DNA from: Candidatus Lumbricidiphila eiseniae
Lineage (GTDB): Bacteria > Actinomycetota > Actinomycetes > Actinomycetales > Microbacteriaceae
DNA: 64,000 bases
Direction of reading: 5' to 3'
Assembly: GCA_002529645.1 (NCBI GenBank)
Contig: NAEP01000041.1
Location: 8,610 to 72,609 of the forward strand
Translations under genes and position numbers: made by a program
In this document: positions 9,324 to 18,596 of the stretch, piece after piece
Layout of the letters: each line of letters opens with the position of its first letter
Position numbering within the stretch: position 1 is the first letter of the stretch
Notes under the pieces: generated by a model
Databases searched by the model: none
What the model saw: only the letters and a program-made list of their open reading frames with translations
Told to the model about the DNA's origin: nothing

Positions 9324-11207
9324 ATGACTGACCCGATCGATTCTCTTCTCACCGTGCTTGACGACGAACAGCGCACTGTCGCGGAGTCGCTGCACGGCCC
9401 GATCTGTGTCCTTGCGGGCGCTGGCACCGGCAAAACCCGGGCGATCACCCACCGCATCGCCTACGGTGTCGCCACCGGAGCCTTTGATCCGAGTCGGGTC
9501 ATGGCGCTTACCTTCACCTCCCGGGCAGCCGCTGAGCTGCGTAATCGTCTTCGGCCGCTCGGTGCTGGAGCCGTGGCAGCCCGCACTTTTCACGCTGCGG
9601 CTCTCGCACAGCTCAACCATTTTTGGCCACAACTGGTTGGTGGCCCGGCGCCACACATTCTTGAGAGCAAGGGTCGGCTCCTCGCGCAGGCCGCTGAACG
9701 GTGTCGCATCCGTGTTGACCAGGCCATGCTCCGGGATGTCGCGGCCGAAGTCGAGTGGCGGAAAGTGTCACTGACCGACGAAGCACACCACCACGCTCGC
9801 CTGGAGTCGCGGGGCGCTCCGGGTAGGCTCACGGTCGATCAATACGTGACCCTCGCAACCGCCTACGAAACGCTCAAAGATGAGCGGCGGATGATTGACT
9901 TTGAGGATGTGCTGCTTGCCACAGCGGGGATGATCGAGGCCGAGCCATCCGTCGCCGTTCAGGTTCGTGAAATGTACCGTTATTTTGTCGTTGATGAGTA
10001 TCAGGATGTCTCGCCGGTGCAGCAGCATCTGCTGGACCTGTGGCTCGGCGACCGCCGCGAACTCTGCGTTGTCGGTGACGCCAGCCAGACGATCTACTCG
10101 TTCGCCGGTGCGAGTCCGCAGTATCTGCTCGACTTCAGCCGTCGCTATGACCCTGCGCTCGTCGTGCGGCTCGAACGCAATTACCGTTCAACCTCTGCGA
10201 TCGTGGATGTCGCGAACAGCCTCATGCGCGGACGCCCCGGTGCCCTTCGGCTCACTGCCGCCACTGTGACGAATCCGGTGCCGATCGGGCACGATGGCCT
10301 AGCCGATGGTTCGTACGGGGCACGTACCGTGCCCGTCCCGACCACGGTACCGGAGGCCTCTTCGCAACCCTCCACGGTGCCGGCACCCACCGCCACCGAA
10401 TACCCCGACGAACGTGCCGAGGCGCGCGGCGTCGCCCGCGACATCCAGAGCCGTCTTGCGGCGGGTGTCTCGCCGGAGAACATCGCAGTCCTGCTGCGAA
10501 TGAATTCTCAGTCCGCGATTGTCATGCAGGCTCTCGATGAGGCACAGATTGGGGCACGAATGCAGGGCGGTGCCCGTTTTTTTGATCAGCCCGTTGTGCG
10601 CAGGGCGATTGATGTGCTCCGTGCATCCGCGTTGACCACGCCTGACAGTGCGCCGCTTTTTCAGCTCGTCAGTGACGCCATGCGGGGCGCGGGGTGGACA
10701 TCGCAGCCCCCGGAGGGGCCCGGTGCAGTGCGTGCGGAGTGGGAGGAACTCAACGCCATCATAAAACTCGTCGATGACATCCCTGCCACGACGACACTGC
10801 GCGAGTTCGCCGACGAGCTGCGCCGTCGCGCTGAGGCCCACCACGAGCCGCCGGTGCAGGCTGTCACACTGGCCACTCTGCACGGCGCGAAGGGCCTGGA
10901 GTGGGACGAGGTGTACATCATCGGCCTGTCGGAGGGCCTGCTGCCGATCAGTTACGCGCAGAGCCCGGAGGCCATCGACGAGGAGCGTCGCCTGCTCTAC
11001 GTCGGCATCACCCGCGCGAAGCATCGCCTGAGCCTGAGCTGGGCGCGGGACGGAGGTCATCGTAACCTTCGTGAGCCGTCGCGATTTCTGCAAGAGAGTG
11101 GCACCCACAGTCGGAGTGGCGAAGCACTCTCTCCGGGTTTCGCATCACATTCGCGTTCCTCGGGGGGGCCTCGGACACAGCGTTCGGATGTCCGCCGCCA
11201 CCGGTAA
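9324..11207 (+). CDS. UvrD/PcrA-family ATP-dependent DNA helicase
   Basis: Motif I AGAGTGKTRAITHRIAYG, plus VVDEYQDVSPVQ, GDASQTIYSFAG, LERNYRS and TLHGAKGLEWDEVYIIGL...RRLLYVGITRAK. The ORF opens at 9180, but its first 48 codons are the Pro/His translation of a C-rich tract, so ATG 9324 (MTDPIDSLL) is preferred. Confidence 0.8.
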   Translation: MTDPIDSLLTVLDDEQRTVAESLHGPICVLAGAGTGKTRAITHRIAYGVATGAFDPSRVMALTFTSRAAAELRNRLRPLGAGAVAARTFHAAALAQLNHFWPQLVGGPAPHILESKGRLLAQAAERCRIRVDQAMLRDVAAEVEWRKVSLTDEAHHHARLESRGAPGRLTVDQYVTLATAYETLKDERRMIDFEDVLLATAGMIEAEPSVAVQVREMYRYFVVDEYQDVSPVQQHLLDLWLGDRRELCVVGDASQTIYSFAGASPQYLLDFSRRYDPALVVRLERNYRSTSAIVDVANSLMRGRPGALRLTAATVTNPVPIGHDGLADGSYGARTVPVPTTVPEASSQPSTVPAPTATEYPDERAEARGVARDIQSRLAAGVSPENIAVLLRMNSQSAIVMQALDEAQIGARMQGGARFFDQPVVRRAIDVLRASALTTPDSAPLFQLVSDAMRGAGWTSQPPEGPGAVRAEWEELNAIIKLVDDIPATTTLREFADELRRRAEAHHEPPVQAVTLATLHGAKGLEWDEVYIIGLSEGLLPISYAQSPEAIDEERRLLYVGITRAKHRLSLSWARDGGHRNLREPSRFLQESGTHSRSGEALSPGFASHSRSSGGPRTQRSDVRRHR

Positions 11208-12108
11208 AGCGCACCGCACACGCCCGCAGCGGTCGACGTTCGGTCGTGACAAAGTCATCAATCACCGCTGCGGCGAACGCGAGCGCGTCATGCCGAATTC
11301 GGGCGGGATGTCTCGGCCCCGGCCGTCCGGACAGTTGGCTGGCAATGGCGGGCCAGGCAGGGTCACGCGCGCACTGTGCGAGGTCAAGGCATCGCAGACA
11401 CGGCCCCCGACCGGGTTCCACCAGTGGTCCGATTCTGATGCCGCGCTCGTCGGTCACGATCGCGAGGTGTGCCTGATCCTGTCGCACCCACCGACGGTGG
11501 CGCGCGGGAGCGATAGCCCACGGTGACACGATGACAACAAGCACAGGATGTCCCGTGCCGTGTTCGTGATGTGGCGGGATGCTGTCGCGCTCGCCCGGGA
11601 TACCCCGGGCACGGATGCCGAGTCCCGTGAGGAACGGGAGCAGCCCCGCCGCAAGCGTCGGTTCGGTTGAATCAAGCAGCACCAGCGGTGGTGTACTTGT
11701 CACATCCGTGGCGTTTGTTCCGTCGGCATTACTCACACTGCGTGGGCGGTGCGCGCAACCGAGATCACCCGTACTGTGCGCCCTGTGTGTGGCACCGGTG
11801 CCGTTCGTGCTCTCGTCGTGTGTTGCGGCCAGCGCTTGTGCTGCGGTTACCGCGTCCTCCTGCCACTGTCGATCAAAGGCCGGGGTAACTTGACCCACGA
11901 GGTGTGCGATCTCGGCATCGCTCGCCCCGCGACTTCGTCCGAGCGCAAACAGCGTTGCCGTGCTCGCGCCCACCTGCAACAGTTCGAGCAGTTCACACTC
12001 GGCACGTCCGGGGTTGTCGAGCACGCAGACGGGTGTGAACGAACCGAGTTGCAACTTGTACGGTGTGCGCCACACAATCGGAAGATTCGGGTCAAGTCGT
12101 GGGGCCAT
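11008..12108 (-). CDS. conserved hypothetical protein with an E1-like (ThiF/MoeB-type) CxxC region
   Basis: 366-aa ORF. GPCLRCLDLAQCARDPAWP resembles the xPCYRCLxP zinc motif of ThiF/MoeB-like folds. I found no clear GxGxxG loop. Confidence 0.45.
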   Translation of the reverse strand: MAPRLDPNLPIVWRTPYKLQLGSFTPVCVLDNPGRAECELLELLQVGASTATLFALGRSRGASDAEIAHLVGQVTPAFDRQWQEDAVTAAQALAATHDESTNGTGATHRAHSTGDLGCAHRPRSVSNADGTNATDVTSTPPLVLLDSTEPTLAAGLLPFLTGLGIRARGIPGERDSIPPHHEHGTGHPVLVVIVSPWAIAPARHRRWVRQDQAHLAIVTDERGIRIGPLVEPGRGPCLRCLDLAQCARDPAWPAIASQLSGRPGPRHPARIRHDALAFAAAVIDDFVTTERRPLRACAVRFTGGGGHPNAVSEAPPRNANVMRNPERVLRHSDCGCHSLAEIATAHEGYDDLRPAPSSGSGDASRG

Positions 12109-12234
12109 TCCCGAGATAATGCCCTATTTGACAGATCAGTGTCGAAGGTTATCCACAGGCAGGCTCCGACCGCGCCAACAGTTGAACGCTCGACCCGTAC
12201 GGCTGTTTTGCGGCCGGATAGGGGCAGGGGGCAG

Positions 12235-12326
12235 GGCTGTCCCCCTCGTCCCGTGGCTCGATCCTGATGTGCGGCAGAAGTAGAACGCGCAATGGGGTTG
12301 TCCCCCTCGTCCCGCGGATCGATCCG
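12235..12326. repeat. 31-bp direct repeat pair, 61-bp period (locus A)
   Basis: GG(C/T)TGTCCCCCTCGTCCCG(T/C)GG(C/A)TCGATCC occurs at 12235-12265 and 12296-12326. Copy 2 contains the perfect 20-bp palindrome CCCGCGGATCGATCCGCGGG (12311-12330). Confidence 0.8.
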
Positions 12327-12342
12327 CGGGGTTGTTTTACCG

Positions 12343-13962
12343 TCAGTTGTCCGGATTCGCCCCGGGCGAATCCTTGTTCCGGTCACGCGACTGCGCATCA
12401 TCCTGATCTTTCGCGCCCGCATCGCCCAGGTTCTGATTTTCCGCCCCCGCACCCCCCGACCCCGCATCATTCTGCCCTTCCGCGTCCGCATCGCCTGAAT
12501 TCCGATCTCCCGCCCCCGCACTCTCGGCATCCGGCCCTGCACCGTCTCGGGTGTCGGTTCCCGACCGTTCCGTTCCGTGCTCGCCCGGTGCCGCCGGAGT
12601 GGCGCCACGCAGCAGTTCGTCGAGCGCTCGATCAAACTCCTGGTCTGCCGCAACCTCCGCACCATCGGCGTGTGTGAGGCGCGTGATGAGAGCACTCGGG
12701 TCATCCAAATCATCAGGGCCGGGGAGTAGATCAGGATGTCCCCATAACCCGTCCCGCTCGACGATTCCCACGGCGTTGGTGACCGCCCGCCAGAGGGCAG
12801 CTGCATCGCGCAGTCGTCGCGGCCGCAGTTCGAGTCCCACCAGTGAGGCGAAAGCCGACTCCGCGGGCCCTCCCGTCGCACGGCGGCGACGGATAGATTC
12901 GGCGATGGCATCCGAGCGCGGCAGGCGACTGGTCGCATCGGCGGTCACGGCATCCACCCACCCTTCAACGAGAGCGAGCAGCGTTTCAAGGCTTATGAGT
13001 GCCGTGTTCTGTCCATCGCTCTGGGAGCGGATGAGGGAGCCGCTGGCGACGGCCTGGCGCAGTTCTTCGGTATCGCTGGGGTCGAATCTGTCGGCGAGTC
13101 GCTCCAACTCGTCGGTGTTCACGCTAATTCCCCTGGCGAAGGCCGTGATCGACGTGATGAGGTGTAGCCGCAACCAGCGTGCGTGTCGGAACAGTCGCGC
13201 GTAGGCGAGTTCGCGTACGGCAAGATACAGATCGATCTCGTCGTGAGGTAGGTCAAGCCCCGCTCCGAATTCGCTCGCGTTTTGCGGCAGGATCGCCCCG
13301 TGGCCGTCCGCAAGCAGCGGAATACCGATATCCCCACCCGAGACCACTTCGGCGGAGAGTTGCCCCACGACCTGTCCGAGTTGCATCGCAAACAGGGCAC
13401 CCCCGGCGCCGCGGATCACCTTTCCCGCGCCGGCGACGATGTCCCGCATCTCTTCCGGGGCATTCTCGCTGATGACCCGCGTGAGCGAATCCGAGATTGA
13501 GATGGCCACTGGTTCCGATAGTTGGATCCAGGTAGGCATGGATGCCGCGACCCACGCGCGGCGCGTCAGCAGTTCCGGTTGTGTCTGCGAGGCCGAAAAA
13601 TCGACGGCCTCGTCTAACCACAGTGAGGCAACACCGAATGCCCGGTCGAATCGGGTTCGCTGCTCAGCCGAGACCTGTTCCTGAGCGGATGTCGCGCGCT
13701 CTTCTGCCTGCCGCATCGCAACCGACCAATCAATGCCACCATCGGCGTTCTGAATGGCGTCCTGCAACTGCGTGATGAGAGCGCTGAGCGTCGCCGGATC
13801 ATGAGGCAATCCGGCTGCCTTCGCGAGGTGCTCCGGTGAAATGGTGCCACCCCCTGAGAGCAGTTCGTTCAGGAGATCCCGGAGCTCTTTTTCGGAATCG
13901 TCGCCGTATGGATCGTCAAAATTGTCGTTCACGTCCGTGGACCTCCGCTTCGGTTCTTTCAA
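12343..13962 (-). CDS. DUF2342 / zincin-like metalloprotease family protein (HExxH position degenerate)
   Basis: 539-aa ORF whose overall layout resembles the actinobacterial putative zinc-dependent hydrolase family. The expected HExxH site reads RELAY (13201-13215). The C-terminal tail is low complexity, rich in D/G/A/N. Confidence 0.6.
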   Translation of the reverse strand: MKEPKRRSTDVNDNFDDPYGDDSEKELRDLLNELLSGGGTISPEHLAKAAGLPHDPATLSALITQLQDAIQNADGGIDWSVAMRQAEERATSAQEQVSAEQRTRFDRAFGVASLWLDEAVDFSASQTQPELLTRRAWVAASMPTWIQLSEPVAISISDSLTRVISENAPEEMRDIVAGAGKVIRGAGGALFAMQLGQVVGQLSAEVVSGGDIGIPLLADGHGAILPQNASEFGAGLDLPHDEIDLYLAVRELAYARLFRHARWLRLHLITSITAFARGISVNTDELERLADRFDPSDTEELRQAVASGSLIRSQSDGQNTALISLETLLALVEGWVDAVTADATSRLPRSDAIAESIRRRRATGGPAESAFASLVGLELRPRRLRDAAALWRAVTNAVGIVERDGLWGHPDLLPGPDDLDDPSALITRLTHADGAEVAADQEFDRALDELLRGATPAAPGEHGTERSGTDTRDGAGPDAESAGAGDRNSGDADAEGQNDAGSGGAGAENQNLGDAGAKDQDDAQSRDRNKDSPGANPDN

Positions 13963-14086
13963 CCGTAGTGGTGTAACGCGCGAGACGCAGAGAAAATGTC
14001 GTAGGCTGGCGCTCCAGGCGTCCGCCCTTCGCGAACAGGTACGCCGTGCTCTACGGCGGCAGTTGAAGAAAGGACATTTTTGCTCA

Positions 14087-15226
14087 ATGAGCCTCTACTC
14101 TGAGGGTGCTGATGTTGCCCCGCCACTGCGGGTGAACCGTCCCCGTTATCGAACCGGAACCGAGCGTGCCGCGTCGATCGCCACCCTTGTTGCAACCCTC
14201 ATTGGGATGGTTCTGCTCGTGCTTCCCGCACCGTATGTTCTGGAGTCACCGGGGCCGGTCTACAACACACTCGGTACTGCTGCGGACGAATCGGGCAAAC
14301 AGGTGCCGCTCATGTCCATCACCGGAACAACGGTCTACCCCACGACCGGTTCCCTCAACCTGCTCACGGTCAGCCTCAGTGGCACTCCAGACCGTCCGCC
14401 AAGCTGGTGGAACGTGATTGGCGCGTGGATCGATCCCACCCAAACCGTCCGGCCGATGGATCTCTTTTTTCCGCCCGGCGTCAGTCAAAAACAGGTCGAG
14501 GAACAGTCCCAGACCGACATGGTCGATTCGCAGCAGGATGCCATTGCCGCGGCCCTTGTTTCTCTCGGGTACTCGATTCCGCTCGATGTCATCGTTGCGG
14601 GGGTGAGTACCGGTTCCCCGGCGGATGGCATCTTGCAACCGGGAGACATCATCGTCTCGGTGAATGGTGCGGTGATGACAGGCACCGAGGAGGTCCGCAC
14701 CGCGGTGCGGACAAACGGGACATCCACCGCTGCCACTGTTGTGCTCATGCGCGGCGGGCAGAACACGACAGTGCAGGTCACACCCCGGAGCATCCAGGGG
14801 TCACCGGCGCTCGGGATTGCGGTCGGCACCGCCGTGCGTAAAGGAAGTACGTTCCCGGTTGATGTCAAACTTCAGCTTGACAATGTTGGTGGTCCCAGTG
14901 CCGGCATGATGTTTGCGCTCGGGATCATTGACAGGCTCACTCCTACCCCGCTGACCGGTGGTCAGTCCGTCGCGGGAACCGGCACAATCGATGCATCCGG
15001 GTATGTCGGACCGATTGGTGGTATCTCTCAGAAGATGTGGGCGGCTCAGCGGGCGGGTACAAAGTGGTTTCTTGCGCCACGGTCCGACTGTCCCGAGGTG
15101 GTCGGCAGGGTTCCACCGGGCTTGCGTGTCTTTGCCGTGGCGACTCTCGCCCAGGCTCGCGCGGTTGTCGAAGACATAGCGGATGGCACGGCCTCCGACT
15201 CGCTCCCTATCTGTCCTGCGCGCTGA
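14087..15226 (+). CDS. PDZ domain-containing Lon-like (S16) membrane protease
   Basis: ORF 13841..15226, with the start moved to ATG 14087 (GAAGAAAGGA upstream). It has an N-terminal TM helix, a PDZ-like segment (GILQPGDIIVSVNG) and a Lon proteolytic-domain motif VGGPSAGMMFALGIID...GTGTIDASGYVGPIGGISQKMWAA. Confidence 0.75.
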   Translation: MSLYSEGADVAPPLRVNRPRYRTGTERAASIATLVATLIGMVLLVLPAPYVLESPGPVYNTLGTAADESGKQVPLMSITGTTVYPTTGSLNLLTVSLSGTPDRPPSWWNVIGAWIDPTQTVRPMDLFFPPGVSQKQVEEQSQTDMVDSQQDAIAAALVSLGYSIPLDVIVAGVSTGSPADGILQPGDIIVSVNGAVMTGTEEVRTAVRTNGTSTAATVVLMRGGQNTTVQVTPRSIQGSPALGIAVGTAVRKGSTFPVDVKLQLDNVGGPSAGMMFALGIIDRLTPTPLTGGQSVAGTGTIDASGYVGPIGGISQKMWAAQRAGTKWFLAPRSDCPEVVGRVPPGLRVFAVATLAQARAVVEDIADGTASDSLPICPAR

Positions 15227-15297
15227 TTGCAGCCCTTGCGAGTTGATGAGGATGAGCGTGTCCTTGAGCACCTGTCCTGCGCGCTGATTGCAGCCCT
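15211..15297. repeat. exact 26-bp direct repeat pair, 61-bp period (locus B)
   Basis: CTGTCCTGCGCGCTGATTGCAGCCCT occurs at 15211-15236 and 15272-15297. Copy 1 contains the last codons and the TGA stop of the PDZ protease gene. Confidence 0.9.
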
Positions 15298-15438
15298 CGA
15301 GCTCGTTTCTGACACCGTTTCTCGAGGCGGCGTGACCCGCGGCGGGTAGCGCGGTGTTGCTGTCATCGTGCTGCTGCGGTCGGCATGCGCTTTAGTATTG
15401 AACGCAGCCGCTAGTTACCGAGTGAAGTTGAGGCCAGA

Positions 15439-18399
15439 GTGAGCGACGAGACCGTGACCGTGAGTGACACCCAGCCGACATCCCGCTTCCGTGCCCCGAT
15501 CATGATTACGATCGCGATCATTGCGGCGCTTGTTGTCGGATTCTTTGCGTTTGCGGGTGTGTATGCCGATGTGCTGTGGTACCAGCAGCTGGGGTTCCTT
15601 CAGGTGCTCACAACCCGCTGGGCTTCGATCCTTGCGCTTGCAGCGATTGGTTTTGTCACCATGGCGGTGCCGACATGGGCGGCGATGCAGATCGCGTACC
15701 GGGCGCGACCGGTGTACACGAGATTAAACGCGCAACTCAATCGGTACCAGACCGTGTTCGAGCCGCTGCGTCGGCTTGCGCTGTACGGGATTCCCACACT
15801 GCTCGGTGTCTTTGCGGCGGTGGCCTCGGGTAGCCGGTGGGATGTCGCGTTAGCCTGGCTTAACCGCACGCCGTTTGGCACAAAAGATCCGCAGTTTGGG
15901 TTGGATGCGAGTTTCTACGTGTTCGAACTACCGTTCTATCGCGGCGTTCTTGGACTCGTGTCGGCGGCCCTGTTGTTGGCTGGCGTCCTGCTCATTGCGA
16001 CGAACTACCTCTACGGTGCTGTTCGAGTTAGCGGCAAGGATCTGATTATCTCTAAGTCAGCGAGGGTGCAAATTTCTACCGCAGCGGGACTGTATGTGCT
16101 CGTGCAGGCAGGCAGCATCTTGCTGGACCAGTTCAGCTCGGTGACTCAGACCGGTCAGCTCATCACGGGGGCAACGTATGCCGGGGTGCACGCAACAATC
16201 CCGGGGCAGCAGATTCTCGCGATTGTTGCACTCTTGGTGGCCGTGTTGTTCTTTGTCACCGCGGTGATCGGTCGGTGGCGATTCCCGCTCATCGGAACCG
16301 CTCTGCTCGTGGTCGCAAGCCTTGTTCTTGGTTCACTCTACCCCTGGGTTGTGCAGCGCTTCCAGGTGGTTCCCAGTGAGGCTGCATTGGAAGAGCCGTA
16401 CATTCAGCGCAATATTGATTCGACACGGGGCGCCTACGGCCTGTCTGCAATCGAAGAGGTGCCATACCAGGCGAAGTCAACTGCTCAGCCCGGTGCTCTG
16501 CGCTCCGATGCGGCAACCACCGCGAACATTCGACTGATGGATCCGACGAAGATATCCCCGGCGTTCCAGCAGCTTGAGCAGTATCGCCAGTACTACCAGT
16601 TTCCCTCTGATCTTGACGTTGATAGGTATCAAATCAACGGCAAAACCCAGGACACGGTTATTTCGGTGCGTGACCTCAATCTGCAGGGACTTGGCAATGC
16701 GAGAACGTGGTATAACTCGCATCTGGTGTACACCCACGGGTACGGTTTGGTGGCAGCGGCTGGTAACCAGCGCGCGAGCGACGGTCAGCCTGTCTTTATT
16801 CAGTCTGGTATCCCCTCCGCGGGCTCGCTGGGCACGTTTGAGCCGCGCATTTATTTTGGGCAATACTCGCCCGATTATTCGATCGTCGGGGCACCCGCGG
16901 GTGGCTCATCTATTGAGCTAGATTATCCGGCCGGTGGGACCGATGACCGGACCCAGACAACCTTTACCGGTAACGGTGGACCGAAGCTCGACAACATCTT
17001 CACGAGACTTGTCTACGCTCTAAAATTCCAGTCCGAGCAGATTGTGCTGTCGGATAAGGTGACAAATGATTCTCAGATTCTCTACGACCGTGACCCGTTG
17101 CAGCGCGTGGCGAAGGTCGCACCGTATCTGCGGTTGGACAGCGATACCTATCCGTCTGTTGTTGACGGACGGATAGTGTGGATTGTCGACGGTTACACCA
17201 CGACAAATCAGTTCCCCTACTCAAACCAAGTAAAAATGGATGACGCGATCGCCGACAGTGAGACAGTGCTCACGTCGCGGGGATCGCAGAACCAGATCAA
17301 CTATATTCGGAATTCGGTGAAGGCGACGGTAGACGCGTACGACGGTAAGGTCACGCTGTATTCGTGGGATGAGTCGGATCCGATTCTGAAAACGTGGGAG
17401 AAGGTGTTTCCCTCAACGGTGAAGCCGATGAGCGCCATGTCGGGCCAACTCATGAGCCATGTTCGGTACCCGTCTGATTTGTTCAAGGTGCAGCGCTATA
17501 TGCTCGGACGGTACCACGTCACGCAGTCAGTGCCGTTCTACCAGCGGGAGGACGCATGGACGACGCCGAAAGACCCGACCGAAGAATCAAGCAAAGCGCT
17601 GCTGCAGCCGCCGTATTACCTGACGATGCAGATGCCCGGTCAAACTGTGCCGAGTTACTCGTTGTATTCGACATTTATTCCGGAGGCGCGTGGTGAGCAG
17701 AGCCGAAATGTGCTGCGTGGATATCTTGCCGTCAATTCGGATGCCGGTACCCAGGATGGTCAACGGTCCGGTGACTATGGCAAGCTGCGCCTTCTGATTC
17801 TGCCAGAAGGGGACAACGTTCCCGGCCCCGGTCAGGTGCAGAACACATTCAACTCCGATCCCACCGTGGGGCAGAAGCTCAATATCCTCAAGCAGGGGCA
17901 GTCTTCGGTCATTAACGGAAATCTCTTGACCATTCCGGTTGGCGGTGGTCTCTTGTATGTGCAACCGGTCTATGTGAAATCAACGGGAAGTACGAGCTAC
18001 CCACTACTGCAGAAGGTGCTTGTTGCATTCGGTGACCGGATTGCCTTCGAAGACACTCTTAATACTGCGCTGGATGTTCTTTTCGGTGGTGATTCCGGCG
18101 CGAGCGCCGGTGACTCGACGACGGCTTCTCCGTCTACGACCCTGCCTGCACCGCCTTCTGTTCCCGGAGCAGCACAGGATTCACCCGCTCCGGGTGCTGC
18201 GTCCGTCACTACGCAATCGTTGCTGCAGCAGGCATCCGTGCAGCTAAAAGCAAAGCAGGCGGCACTCGCCGCCGGTGATTGGGCCGCCTACGGTGCCGCC
18301 GATACGAAGCTCACCGAAGTCATCAACCAGCTTGTCGCCCTCAATCCGGCTCCGGCGGTTGCGACGCCGACTCCGTCACCGTCAGCCGGGACGCAATAG
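15439..18399 (+). CDS. UPF0182 family large membrane protein
   Basis: 986-aa ORF with a GTG start. It has multiple N-terminal TM helices followed by a large soluble domain. Size and position after the PDZ protease match the UPF0182 family as I remember it. Confidence 0.75.
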   Translation: MSDETVTVSDTQPTSRFRAPIMITIAIIAALVVGFFAFAGVYADVLWYQQLGFLQVLTTRWASILALAAIGFVTMAVPTWAAMQIAYRARPVYTRLNAQLNRYQTVFEPLRRLALYGIPTLLGVFAAVASGSRWDVALAWLNRTPFGTKDPQFGLDASFYVFELPFYRGVLGLVSAALLLAGVLLIATNYLYGAVRVSGKDLIISKSARVQISTAAGLYVLVQAGSILLDQFSSVTQTGQLITGATYAGVHATIPGQQILAIVALLVAVLFFVTAVIGRWRFPLIGTALLVVASLVLGSLYPWVVQRFQVVPSEAALEEPYIQRNIDSTRGAYGLSAIEEVPYQAKSTAQPGALRSDAATTANIRLMDPTKISPAFQQLEQYRQYYQFPSDLDVDRYQINGKTQDTVISVRDLNLQGLGNARTWYNSHLVYTHGYGLVAAAGNQRASDGQPVFIQSGIPSAGSLGTFEPRIYFGQYSPDYSIVGAPAGGSSIELDYPAGGTDDRTQTTFTGNGGPKLDNIFTRLVYALKFQSEQIVLSDKVTNDSQILYDRDPLQRVAKVAPYLRLDSDTYPSVVDGRIVWIVDGYTTTNQFPYSNQVKMDDAIADSETVLTSRGSQNQINYIRNSVKATVDAYDGKVTLYSWDESDPILKTWEKVFPSTVKPMSAMSGQLMSHVRYPSDLFKVQRYMLGRYHVTQSVPFYQREDAWTTPKDPTEESSKALLQPPYYLTMQMPGQTVPSYSLYSTFIPEARGEQSRNVLRGYLAVNSDAGTQDGQRSGDYGKLRLLILPEGDNVPGPGQVQNTFNSDPTVGQKLNILKQGQSSVINGNLLTIPVGGGLLYVQPVYVKSTGSTSYPLLQKVLVAFGDRIAFEDTLNTALDVLFGGDSGASAGDSTTASPSTTLPAPPSVPGAAQDSPAPGAASVTTQSLLQQASVQLKAKQAALAAGDWAAYGAADTKLTEVINQLVALNPAPAVATPTPSPSAGTQ

Positions 18400-18420
18400 T
18401 CGGCGGTCGTGAGCAGGTGC

Positions 18421-18572
18421 TACGGCTCCTGCGGTTGCGGGTACCGGAGTGTGTGTGGTTCTGCACCCCGCCAATCCGCCGTACATGGCTCCCGCGGTGC
18501 GGGTACCGGTGTCGGCGGTGTAGGTGCACGGAATGGCCCCGTACACGGCTCCCGCGGTTGCGGGTACCGGAG
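18421..18572. repeat. CRISPR-like mini-array: three degenerate about 29-nt direct repeats separated by 32- and 31-nt unique spacers (locus C)
   Basis: Repeats at about 18421-18449, 18482-18510 and 18542-18570. Consensus is TACAYGGCTCCCGCGGTTGCGGGTACCGG with an internal hairpin CCCGC-GGTT-GCGGG. Each of the first two copies carries a 1-nt deletion. There are no cas genes in the window. Confidence 0.35.
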
Positions 18573-18596
18573 GTGGGTGCAGAAGTGATATCGCAC

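Noticed and set aside
11847-12938. Long ORFs on the opposite strand or frame of confident genes: 11847..12938(-), 10299..11108(-), 37652..38590(-), 46693..47721(+), 50966..51889(+), 52306..53331(+), 21433..22356(+), 1495..2136(-).
   Set aside because: These are typical high-GC shadow ORFs. They are Arg/Ser/Pro/Ala-rich, lack recognisable motifs, and each fully overlaps a gene with clear family signatures.
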